Below, piece by piece: positions 43,790-51,984 of a stretch of 64,000 nucleotides of DNA (position 1 is its first letter; every line of letters begins with the position of its first letter). This DNA comes from Bdellovibrionales bacterium (GTDB lineage Bacteria; Bdellovibrionota; Bdellovibrionia; Bdellovibrionales; UBA1609): contig CBDBIB010000001.1 of NCBI GenBank assembly GCA_965205945.1, forward strand, positions 320,001 through 384,000. The letters run 5' to 3'. Position numbers and translations under genes: made by a program. The notes below the pieces were generated by a model. That model had not been told where the DNA came from. It ran no database searches and worked only from the letters and a program-made list of their open reading frames with translations.

Positions 43790-43903
43790 TTTTATTAAGG
43801 AAAGTACAAAATAAAAGGTGCATTTCCTACTTGCTTAATTATACTCTTGCTGCCAGTATTTTAGATGTCGTAATTTTAAATAATACAAGGAGGAAAGATT
43901 ACT

Positions 43904-44380
43904 ATGGCAGCAAAGAAAAAAACTACAAGAAAAGCAGCTAAGAAAAAAGTAGCTAGGAAGAAAACTACAAAAAAAGTAGCTAGAAAAAAAACTAAGAAAA
44001 AAGTAGCTAGAAAAAAAACTAAGAAAAAAGTAGCTAGGAAGAAAACTACAAAAAAAGTAGCTAAAAAGAAAACTAAGAAAAAAACAGCTAAGAGGAAAAC
44101 TACAAAAAAAGTAGCTAAAAAGAAAACAAAAAGAAAGGCCAACCCAGCTTTTATGAAGCCCTTAACTTTAAGTAGTAAACTTGCTGAAGTACTTGGAAAC
44201 AAACCTTTACCAAGAACAGAAGTAGTCAAGCAGCTTTGGATATATATTAAGAAATTCAATCTTCAAGATCCTAAGAACAAACGAAATATTGTTGCTGACC
44301 CTAAACTAAAAGCTGTTTTTGGTAAGCCTGTAGTAAGTATGTTTGAAATGCAAAAACTTATCTCCAAGCACTTATCTTAA
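43904..44380 (+). CDS. Histone-H1-like Lys-rich repeat fused to SWIB/MDM2 domain
   Basis: C-terminal NPAFMKPL..S..LA.V.G..PLPRTEVVK.LW.YIKK.NLQDP.NKRNI..D..L..VFG....SMFEM.K....HL is a SWIB domain. AGGAGG SD. Confidence 0.92.
   Translation: MAAKKKTTRKAAKKKVARKKTTKKVARKKTKKKVARKKTKKKVARKKTTKKVAKKKTKKKTAKRKTTKKVAKKKTKRKANPAFMKPLTLSSKLAEVLGNKPLPRTEVVKQLWIYIKKFNLQDPKNKRNIVADPKLKAVFGKPVVSMFEMQKLISKHLS
43943..44131 (+). repeat. Coding tandem repeat, 27 bp x7 (KKVARKKT[T/K])
   Basis: Unit AAAAAAGTAGCTAG(G/A)AA(G/A)AAAACTA(CA/AG), read directly. Confidence 0.92.
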
Positions 44381-44393
44381 ACTCTTTAAAAAC

Positions 44394-44436
44394 TTAAATA
44401 AAAAAAGCCTGCTCAAAGCGGGCTTTTTTTATTTAA
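44394..44436 (+). terminator. Intrinsic terminator (symmetric)
   Basis: AAAAAAAGCCTGCT-CAA-AGCGGGCTTTTTTT. Confidence 0.88.
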
Positions 44437-44515
44437 AACAATTTATTACGCGAATTAAAAAGGTTCTTAGATTTGAATATTGACCAAAGAGCTTTCTAAC
44501 CATAGAAAATAGTTT

Positions 44516-45298
44516 ATGGAAATAGGAAAATTATCGTTTATAAATGGCATGAAGAAGGCTGGCAAGCTTGCGGCTGAAACACTTAAATATGTGAAGCCTT
44601 ATATTAAGCCTGGAATAACGACTAATGAAATTAATCAACTTGTTCATGACTACACACTATCTAATGGAGCCATCCCTGCGCCTTTAGGCTATAAAGGCTT
44701 TCCAAAATCTGTTTGTACATCGATAAATAGCTGCATCTGCCATGGTCTTCCAGATGAAACAGTTCTTAAAGATGGTGATATTATAAACGTTGATGTCACA
44801 TCAATTGTGAACGGTTACCATGGCGACACATCTACAACATTTTATGTTGGCAAAGTAAGTCAAGAAAACAAAAAGCTAGTGTACACAGCTTATAAGGCTA
44901 TGCACAAAGGTATTTTAGAGCTTGGCCCTGATAAAAGAACTGGCGACGTAGGTTTTGCAGTAGGTAAATATATCACTAAACATGGCTATGTTGCTGTAAA
45001 AGATATTGGTGGTCATGGAATTGGAACAGTTTTTCATACAGACCCCTTTGTCCCATCTCATGGGAAAAAAGGTAAAGGTGAAAAGTTTCAACCTTGGACG
45101 TGTGTGACCGTTGAACCTATGGTGAATATGAATTCCCTGCCTTTTAAAAAATATGATATTCCAAATTCTAAAATCAAATACTACCTAACACAAGATGGAA
45201 CACCATCAGCTCAGTTTGAACATACAGTACTGATTACAGACACTGGATATGAGATTATGACTCAATCAGGTGACGAAGTACTTATCCCTGAAATATAG
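44516..45298 (+). CDS. map: Methionine aminopeptidase type I
   Basis: CTSIN..ICHG, DIINVDVT, GYHGDTS, GHGIG, VEPM and SAQFEHT. Confidence 0.97.
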   Translation: MEIGKLSFINGMKKAGKLAAETLKYVKPYIKPGITTNEINQLVHDYTLSNGAIPAPLGYKGFPKSVCTSINSCICHGLPDETVLKDGDIINVDVTSIVNGYHGDTSTTFYVGKVSQENKKLVYTAYKAMHKGILELGPDKRTGDVGFAVGKYITKHGYVAVKDIGGHGIGTVFHTDPFVPSHGKKGKGEKFQPWTCVTVEPMVNMNSLPFKKYDIPNSKIKYYLTQDGTPSAQFEHTVLITDTGYEIMTQSGDEVLIPEI

Positions 45299-45336
45299 CT
45301 CTTTAAACCGAGTAGTCCCTTTTCTACTCACTAAAT

Positions 45337-45410
45337 TGGAGGTGGCGGCCGGATTCGAACCGGCGTCAACGGCTTTGCAGGCCGGCGCATAGCCTCTTTG
45401 CTACGCCACC
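45337..45410 (-). tRNA. tRNA-Cys(GCA)
   Basis: GGTGGCG/CGCCACC stem, CTGCAAA loop, U73-CCA. Confidence 0.95.
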
Positions 45411-45472
45411 TTAATGATGAACAAAATAGACCTTTTTTACAATCAAAACAAGGCTGATTTTAAATTTAATCT

Positions 45473-45791
45473 TATAGACCGTCTATAAAAGAGTACAAAA
45501 AGCCTGAGCCTTTATACTACCCCTTCCATGATGAAACCACTAGAGTAACTCAATGTGGAAAAGTTTGTACTAAAAGCTTAAAGGTGAGTTTATCAAGGGC
45601 TTTTATAGGGGTAGAGGTAGGAATTAAGGAAATGGAGGATGGAATATAGGTAATTAGTTTTTTAAATTATGGTTTAAAATATTTTGATGATAAAAATAAA
45701 CGAGTGGAACCAATAGCCGATCCTTTTGATTTAGGAAAAGTGTAAACCATGTCTCTGGTATAAAATGTAAATTATTTCTCCGATATGGACC
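45473..45791 (+). mobile_element. IS481-family transposase C-terminal remnant plus decayed right end
   Basis: YRPSIKEYKKPEPLYYPFHDETTRVTQCGKVC...SLSRAFIGVEVGIKEMEDGI*VISFLNYGL.YFD...EPIADPF, followed by the twice-repeated TGTAAAxxATxTCTC end motif. Confidence 0.85.
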
Positions 45792-45818
45792 TTCGGATTT
45801 GGAGTCTAGCATTTTGAT

Positions 45819-45894
<76 letters not shown>

Positions 45895-45968
45895 AATAAA
45901 ATATAAAAAAATCAAGTTGCCTAAAATTCTATTTTAGGTCAAGACTATTTTAAAGAATTTGGAATATA

Positions 45969-46454
45969 TTATGCCGCTGCCGAGTCTGGGAGCAGTTTAG
46001 TAAGCCAAAGCTTCTCATTTGTTAAATCAAATCCCACTGCCTCAGCCCCATGAAGTATTGCAAAATACATTCTTCTTAACGCCCTAATTTCAGTAACCTC
46101 TTCTTTATTAAACTCAGAAAAAGCCTCTATTATGCTTAGTAAATCAGGTGTCGTAACAACGTTTGGTACTCTCTTTGGATCAACACCTTCAAACATAGCC
46201 GGCTTAAAACCCACTAATGATTCAGTTAACAAAATCTTTGAACCAGAAAAGAAATTTACTTGTAAAAAAGGCTTACCTGTAGAGTCATGTCTTTCTAAAA
46301 TCTCTTCTATACCATACCTTTTAATTTCTAAACTTTTACCATCAACACCTTGAGTAAGTTTGAGTACATCATCCCCTAAAAAACTAAGTTTTAATTCAGA
46401 TTTATTATTTAAAAAATCGATAATTACTTTAAAAGTATCTTGTTTTTTTCCCAT
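45969..46454 (-). CDS. Hypothetical protein
   Basis: Open frame (FLQVNF..G.KILLT..LVGFKP...P.VVTTPDL). Start uncertain, 46454 or 46487. Confidence 0.75.
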   Translation of the reverse strand: MGKKQDTFKVIIDFLNNKSELKLSFLGDDVLKLTQGVDGKSLEIKRYGIEEILERHDSTGKPFLQVNFFSGSKILLTESLVGFKPAMFEGVDPKRVPNVVTTPDLLSIIEAFSEFNKEEVTEIRALRRMYFAILHGAEAVGFDLTNEKLWLTKLLPDSAAA

Positions 46455-46556
46455 ACAGTAAACATATCGTAATCTATTTATAAACAAGCAACCTTCCTTT
46501 AAAAACCTCGAATGAGGTCCTGTTTAATGGTGAGTCAATATACCCTCTCTCCCTCT

Positions 46557-46584
46557 ACATCGACTTATTCTGAGATATTTCTTA
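46557..46584 (-). promoter_or_regulatory. Putative FliA (sigma-28) promoter
   Basis: TAAGAAAT-N12-GTCGATGT on the minus strand. Confidence 0.4.
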
Positions 46585-46673
46585 GATTAAGTGTTTTTAT
46601 TTTGTAAAGTCTGTGACTTTTCATTAATAATTCATTAATAATTAGAATCCATGCAAGTTAGAGGCGTTTTAAA

Positions 46674-46982
46674 ATGATAATTCAAAAATGGCAGGCTCCA
46701 GTAATACCAAATATAAATCAAATAAAAAAAATGTTTCTACTTGAAGGGCTTCAAGCCTTTTTAGAAGATCTACCTGAAAATACTAAAATCAAAGACCGTA
46801 TATTTCCATTTGATGAGGTAAGAATCATTGTATCCGGAGAGTTAATTTTAGAAATTGTTAGAAATAGAGTTCTTTTAAGGGAGGGTGATCGCGTCATGAT
46901 CCCTTCTAACACAGCTCACTCTATATCGACACATAAAGGCCCTTCACAGAGCCTTTATGCCAGAAAAGTTTTCTCATCTTAA
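46674..46982 (+). CDS. Cupin-domain protein
   Basis: DEVRIIVSGEL...LREGDRVMIPSNTAHS. Confidence 0.85.
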   Translation: MIIQKWQAPVIPNINQIKKMFLLEGLQAFLEDLPENTKIKDRIFPFDEVRIIVSGELILEIVRNRVLLREGDRVMIPSNTAHSISTHKGPSQSLYARKVFSS

Positions 46983-47004
46983 AAACGGGGCGCCTCACCT
47001 TTAA

Positions 47005-48762
47005 TTATAGCCTATTAACACCAGCACCTGAAGGTGCTGCTCTTTGCCTTGGAGGCACATGTGGGTTAGGCACTGCTCTATATATTGGTGGCCCACCAAC
47101 ACCTGCTGCCCCACCAGTGCTTAAATGTGCACCTACACCTATATTAATACCACCTGTTAAAACAGAAGAGCCTGGTGGAGGAAGTACACCTGAAGTACTT
47201 CCGCCGGAAATATAACCTCCACTCCCATAAACATTCGGTGCTGGGCCTAAAGCTGAAACTCCAGCACGGTATTGTTCAGTTAAAGCATTATACGAACTAG
47301 CATATGTATATTGACGAGACAATGCTGCTTGCTGAGCTTGAAGAGCTTGTAATTGTTGTTGCTGCTGCACCCGAAGGGCTGCTTGTTGCCGCTGACTTTC
47401 TGCTATTTGGGCCCTAATTTGTGCAGTACTTATGCTAGTCTGATAAGGAGCTCCTTGACCTCCATTATAAATGGCCTGACCATTTGGGCCAAGTATATAG
47501 CCTCCATTACCTCCATTTATTGTCGCCCCTGCTCCAACAGAAACACTACCACCACCCCTTCTTCCGCCCAAAGCACCATTTAAAACAGAAGGCAAGCCTG
47601 TCACTCCCCCTACTTGATGCCCAGAGAATACGCCTGAAGTAACCAATCCACCTCCAAACACAGAACTTCCTGAACAACCAAATGCACCCGTTCCAATAGC
47701 AGTATTTAAAATTACTGGAAGCCCCCCAATCATCACCGTTGCAAAGGTAAGACCACTTTTATCTGACATCATTGGAGTTGGATAACCTTTTTTATTATTG
47801 TCTGGATGAATAACATTTTTATAATGCTTATATGATTCACGCTCGCTTCGCATGGCAAAATAACCTGCAGCAGCTGTTATGCCACCAGCAAGTAGTGTTG
47901 GACCATACTTTTCAAACCACGACCTATTATCAATCATACAGTCTGCACAGACTGCCTTTTCTTGGTTATCAGAAGCAATTTCCACAGCCTCTTCAAGTTC
48001 ATCCTCTAAATCTTCAATTTGATCTTCTAACTCAGCAATCAAAGCCTTACTACTTAAGCAAAATGAATGCCTTCCACTAGGGTGAGTAATGGATCCCCTA
48101 AGACACTTACGACAAAGCCTTCTATCCTCCTTAGCAAAGTATAGCGATCCGTTTGAATCTTTCTTTCCTTCTGCTATTTTACAAAAGTCAACATGAATAG
48201 AACCATTAGGGCCTGCATATTTAGGACAACTTGGAACAAAGTCTGGGGCTGGCTTAATACGTTTCGGTGGCCTTACCTCCGAATTAGAATTACTTACCGG
48301 ATCCCCTGATACAAGTTCATCAGAGCTTCCAGATCTTCCATCTCCACCTGCAATGGTTCTTCCTTGAGTTATATTTCTTCCTTGATTATTAATTCTTTCC
48401 CAATTATTTATATTAGCCCAATAATTATATATAGATATATTTGTAAGCTTAGGGGTGCAGCTTCCACCACCAGCCATATGATTTGTGTAATCATTAAACT
48501 GCTCACTTGCAAGCGCACTTACAAAAAATTTAAGGCTCTTTGTACACCTTACACAATCAATTCTTTTTATTTTATTTTCTAATTTTCTTTTTTTATCTTT
48601 TGCTTGCTTTAATTTAACCTCAATATTAATCACAGATTGAGGTTTATATAACCTTGCCGGGCTGGCGTTATAGGCACAGTAATTATCAGGCAACCCTGAA
48701 CCAGGAGATGCCCAGGATGGCACAATCATAAGCAAAGACAAAATAAATGTTAGAATTCTCAA
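47005..48762 (-). CDS. Secreted Cys-rich, coiled-coil and Gly-rich hypothetical protein
   Basis: GGAGG SD then TTG at 48762 gives signal peptide MRILTFILSLLMIVPSWA. Has CxxC motifs, hydrophobic helices and a Gly/Gln-rich C-half. Confidence 0.8.
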   Translation of the reverse strand: MRILTFILSLLMIVPSWASPGSGLPDNYCAYNASPARLYKPQSVINIEVKLKQAKDKKRKLENKIKRIDCVRCTKSLKFFVSALASEQFNDYTNHMAGGGSCTPKLTNISIYNYWANINNWERINNQGRNITQGRTIAGGDGRSGSSDELVSGDPVSNSNSEVRPPKRIKPAPDFVPSCPKYAGPNGSIHVDFCKIAEGKKDSNGSLYFAKEDRRLCRKCLRGSITHPSGRHSFCLSSKALIAELEDQIEDLEDELEEAVEIASDNQEKAVCADCMIDNRSWFEKYGPTLLAGGITAAAGYFAMRSERESYKHYKNVIHPDNNKKGYPTPMMSDKSGLTFATVMIGGLPVILNTAIGTGAFGCSGSSVFGGGLVTSGVFSGHQVGGVTGLPSVLNGALGGRRGGGSVSVGAGATINGGNGGYILGPNGQAIYNGGQGAPYQTSISTAQIRAQIAESQRQQAALRVQQQQQLQALQAQQAALSRQYTYASSYNALTEQYRAGVSALGPAPNVYGSGGYISGGSTSGVLPPPGSSVLTGGINIGVGAHLSTGGAAGVGGPPIYRAVPNPHVPPRQRAAPSGAGVNRL

Positions 48763-48800
48763 AGAGCTCCTCCCTGTAAAATTATTAAACTCATATATCA

Positions 48801-48828
48801 ACATCGGAGAAAGTATCTAAAAACTTTA
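48801..48828 (-). promoter_or_regulatory. Putative FliA (sigma-28) promoter
   Basis: TAAAGTTT-N12-TCCGATGT on the minus strand. Confidence 0.65.
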
Positions 48829-48910
48829 CACCACCAACCACTTAGCCGGAATAAAACGCGACTAATGGCTATAGTTGAAGACATTATAGTTACTGCTAAT
48901 ATGTATTATC

Positions 48911-49909
48911 ATGACTCCAAGCTTACTTTATATTGACGATGAAAATGAAAACTTAAAAGTATTTCAACGAATATTTAAAAAAAACTTTAAAATATATACA
49001 GCCTTAAGTGGAGAAGAGGGTTTAAATATTTTTGAACAACACCCTGAAATATCATTACTAGCCAGTGATCAACGTATGCCTGAAATGAGTGGCATTGATT
49101 TTCTAAATGCTTGTAAGCAGATAAATCCTAACCCTATAAGAATTTTAATCACCGGTTATGCAGATTTAGAGTCTACAATACATGCAATAAATGAAGCCGA
49201 AATTTACAGATTCATAAAAAAACCTTGGGAAAAATTAGATCTCTTACAAACATTAAATGAAGCACAAAGACGTTTTGAGCTTGAAAAAGAGATCCGAAGT
49301 CTTGATGAGCTTAAAAACAGATTCATGATTCTTGTAAATCATGAACTAAAAACACCTCTTACAATTCAACGTTCTTATTTAGAGCTTTTAAAAAAAAGTA
49401 CTCTAGACAAAGAACAATCTTTGTATCTAAAAAAATCTCTTTTAGGCTCAAATAGACTTGAAACTCTAATTTCTGAAATACTATATTTTTTAAAAGTACA
49501 AAAAGAAAATCTACTCGATACCCAAGAGACCTTTAAATTAAGCCAGGCCACAGGAATTCAAAGTTTAATAGAAACTTTTATTAAAACAAATAAAATCTAT
49601 TTTTGTGACGCCATAAAAAGATTAATTCAAAATGCAGAAACTCACAAAATTAAAAATTCTAATGTGACTATTAAGCAAAAAACTCATTACCTCATCATTC
49701 AAAATTCTATAAAAAAACCTCTAAATTTAGAATTAATTATAAAACCTTTTGAAATAAATGAAGACGCCTTTAATCATACAAAAGGATTAGGCTTAGGACT
49801 GTCCATAGCTTCACTAATTCTTAGTAAACTTGGTTTTCCAATGCATGTTCAATCTAACAACAGTATTTTTAAAGTTTCTGTGGATTTATCCGAAAAACAA
49901 TCCTCATAG
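48911..49909 (+). CDS. Hybrid receiver-histidine kinase with eroded ATPase domain
   Basis: YIDDE, SDQRMPEMSG, ITGY, KKPW, NHELKTPL, LIQNA and GLGLGL. Confidence 0.88.
   Translation: MTPSLLYIDDENENLKVFQRIFKKNFKIYTALSGEEGLNIFEQHPEISLLASDQRMPEMSGIDFLNACKQINPNPIRILITGYADLESTIHAINEAEIYRFIKKPWEKLDLLQTLNEAQRRFELEKEIRSLDELKNRFMILVNHELKTPLTIQRSYLELLKKSTLDKEQSLYLKKSLLGSNRLETLISEILYFLKVQKENLLDTQETFKLSQATGIQSLIETFIKTNKIYFCDAIKRLIQNAETHKIKNSNVTIKQKTHYLIIQNSIKKPLNLELIIKPFEINEDAFNHTKGLGLGLSIASLILSKLGFPMHVQSNNSIFKVSVDLSEKQSS
49870..49896 (+). promoter_or_regulatory. Putative FliA (sigma-28) promoter
   Basis: TAAAGTTT-N11-TCCGAAAA inside the 3' end of the kinase gene. Confidence 0.6.
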
Positions 49910-49959
49910 GTAACCTTAAATCTTTTTAAATCTACATCAACTTTGCTTTTAATTTTTAG

Positions 49960-51003
49960 ATGATCTGTTTTATAAAAATACTATTATACCTTTTTATATC
50001 AAAGACGTGGGCTCTTACAGCTATACAGGTAGGGAGCAAATACTCATTAAACCATAGTAAATCCTATCATTTTTCATCAAAAAAACTTATCTCCACACAT
50101 ATAAACTCTAAAAATCCATTTATCATTGGGCTTAAAATCGGAGATTTAACCTTTAAAGAAAATACAAAAACAAAACGAGTTCTTATATTAAGTAAAAAAC
50201 AGCTTACCTTCTTTAAAAATACAAATTTTATTATTAAAAGCTCTCCATTTCTACAATGGAAAATTAAAGATAAAAAACTCTTAATTGTTGGTAACAGCAG
50301 GCCTGAAGAATTTGTTATTCTTTTAAAACACTGTTCTTTAAAAAAACTAACTTCTGTGGCTATACTTACAAACTCTAATTCTAACCCTTATTCAAATGAG
50401 GAACGAAACTGCCTATTTTTAAAAAAAAATTTTAAAATTGAGCTCGCTTTTTTAAATGAAAACACTTTATCTGGGAGTACTTTTGGCCTGGGTATTCCGT
50501 CTGAACTTTTGTGGTCTTTAAGACCTAAAGTTCAATTTGGAGATATTATGGGAGGCACACAAGCTCAGTCTAAAAAAAACCAATCAAAAGGACATAGTTT
50601 TTTCACCACTTTAATAGAAAGCAACGAGCCTTTAGTTTTTGAATCTGGAGCAGAAATACTTATAAAATCTTCCGGACTTTTTAATAATCAAAAAAATGAA
50701 TGGAAAAAGGCCACTTCAAATATTCGGCTAAGTATTTTAGAAAGTACAAATAATTTTATTAAAGCAAACTTTAAAATCAATAAAACTAACCAAACTGCAA
50801 ACAGCAATATATTTAACATAGAAAAATTTGAACAATCAAATACTCTTAAATTAAAACAATGGGTACATATCTTTACATTTAGACAAAATAACCAAGACAT
50901 GTCTAAAAACAAATTCCTTAATTTAAGCCTTTTAGGAATTCGAAGTAAAAATAAAAGCAATACTAATAAGCAGTTCTGGGTAAGGATTTCTCAAAGTGAT
51001 TGA
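49960..51003 (+). CDS. Secreted protein, possibly highly divergent CpaC/RcpA-type secretin
   Basis: Signal peptide. FESGAEILI...EWKK resembles the secretin F.xGGE.P...EWK segment. Overlaps the cpaF-like gene. Confidence 0.45.
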   Translation: MICFIKILLYLFISKTWALTAIQVGSKYSLNHSKSYHFSSKKLISTHINSKNPFIIGLKIGDLTFKENTKTKRVLILSKKQLTFFKNTNFIIKSSPFLQWKIKDKKLLIVGNSRPEEFVILLKHCSLKKLTSVAILTNSNSNPYSNEERNCLFLKKNFKIELAFLNENTLSGSTFGLGIPSELLWSLRPKVQFGDIMGGTQAQSKKNQSKGHSFFTTLIESNEPLVFESGAEILIKSSGLFNNQKNEWKKATSNIRLSILESTNNFIKANFKINKTNQTANSNIFNIEKFEQSNTLKLKQWVHIFTFRQNNQDMSKNKFLNLSLLGIRSKNKSNTNKQFWVRISQSD

Positions 51004-51931
51004 ACCTATTTTAAAAGACCCCTTAATTACAGAAATTATAATTCAGAATAACGACGATCTTATCATTGAAAAAAATGGTGAACTTATAAGCTCAAAGTGG
51101 GAACCTTGCGATTATAAAAATGAACTTATCAATAAAATTATTCAAGCTCTCCCTAAAGCACCCAACTACGAACACCCCATAGCCTCTGGAATTTGGAGAA
51201 ACTTTAGAGTACAGATCATCAACGCTCCCATTGTAAGTACCAACCCCATTATACAACTAAGACGCCTTGCAAATGAATCTGATTTTAGAAAACTTCACCC
51301 TAAACAGTGGTCAACTAATAAAAACATCATTGATATTTTAAAAAAAAAGTTCTACCTTAAACGTGAAAATTTCTTAATCGTGGGCCCTACAGGATGTGGT
51401 AAAACAACCCTTCTTAAAGCACTCCTTTCAAACTACTGTAAAAGTGAACGTGTTCTTTGTATTGAAGACACCCCTGAGCTTCCATTGATCAATGAGTTTT
51501 CATGTAATTTAAAAACATACACTTCATCTAGTGAAGAAATTAAAGATGTTTCCTTAAATGACCTTGTTAAAGCCAGCCTTCGAATGAGACCAGATAGGAT
51601 CATAATGGGAGAAATGAGGGGTGAGGAGGCCTCTAGTTTTTTACTTATGCTATCAACAGGCCATAGAGGAAGCGGTGCAACTCTCCATGCTTACACCTCT
51701 GAAGATGCACTTTATAGACTTGAAATGCTTATTCAAATGGGAAGTTCTTGGTCTTTAAAAACCGTAAGGCGGCTCATTCGCACATCCCTTCATTACATTA
51801 TAGTTCTAAATAAAAAACCACAAACTGGGGAGCGCTACATCAAAGAAATCTCTGAAATTGCAGGCCTTGAAGATAATGGTTTTTTACTTCATCACCTACA
51901 CAACACTAATAATGAACCCATAAACTACTAA
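50996..51931 (+). CDS. CpaF/TadA-family pilus assembly ATPase
   Basis: DPLITEIII, GPTGCGKTT, IEDTPEL, LRMRPDRIIMGEMRGEEA and TGHRGS.ATLHA. Confidence 0.9.
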   Translation: MIEPILKDPLITEIIIQNNDDLIIEKNGELISSKWEPCDYKNELINKIIQALPKAPNYEHPIASGIWRNFRVQIINAPIVSTNPIIQLRRLANESDFRKLHPKQWSTNKNIIDILKKKFYLKRENFLIVGPTGCGKTTLLKALLSNYCKSERVLCIEDTPELPLINEFSCNLKTYTSSSEEIKDVSLNDLVKASLRMRPDRIIMGEMRGEEASSFLLMLSTGHRGSGATLHAYTSEDALYRLEMLIQMGSSWSLKTVRRLIRTSLHYIIVLNKKPQTGERYIKEISEIAGLEDNGFLLHHLHNTNNEPINY

Positions 51932-51984
51932 ATAGATTAACCTTTATTTTAAATTTTCATTAAAAAGTAATTTTTTATTCCTAC

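Noticed and set aside
43943..44131. Possible CRISPR-like array
   Set aside because: Head-to-tail coding repeat with no unique spacers and no cas genes.
43876..44259. 127-aa very hydrophobic repetitive ORF on the minus strand
   Set aside because: Antisense shadow of the Lys-rich SWIB repeat.
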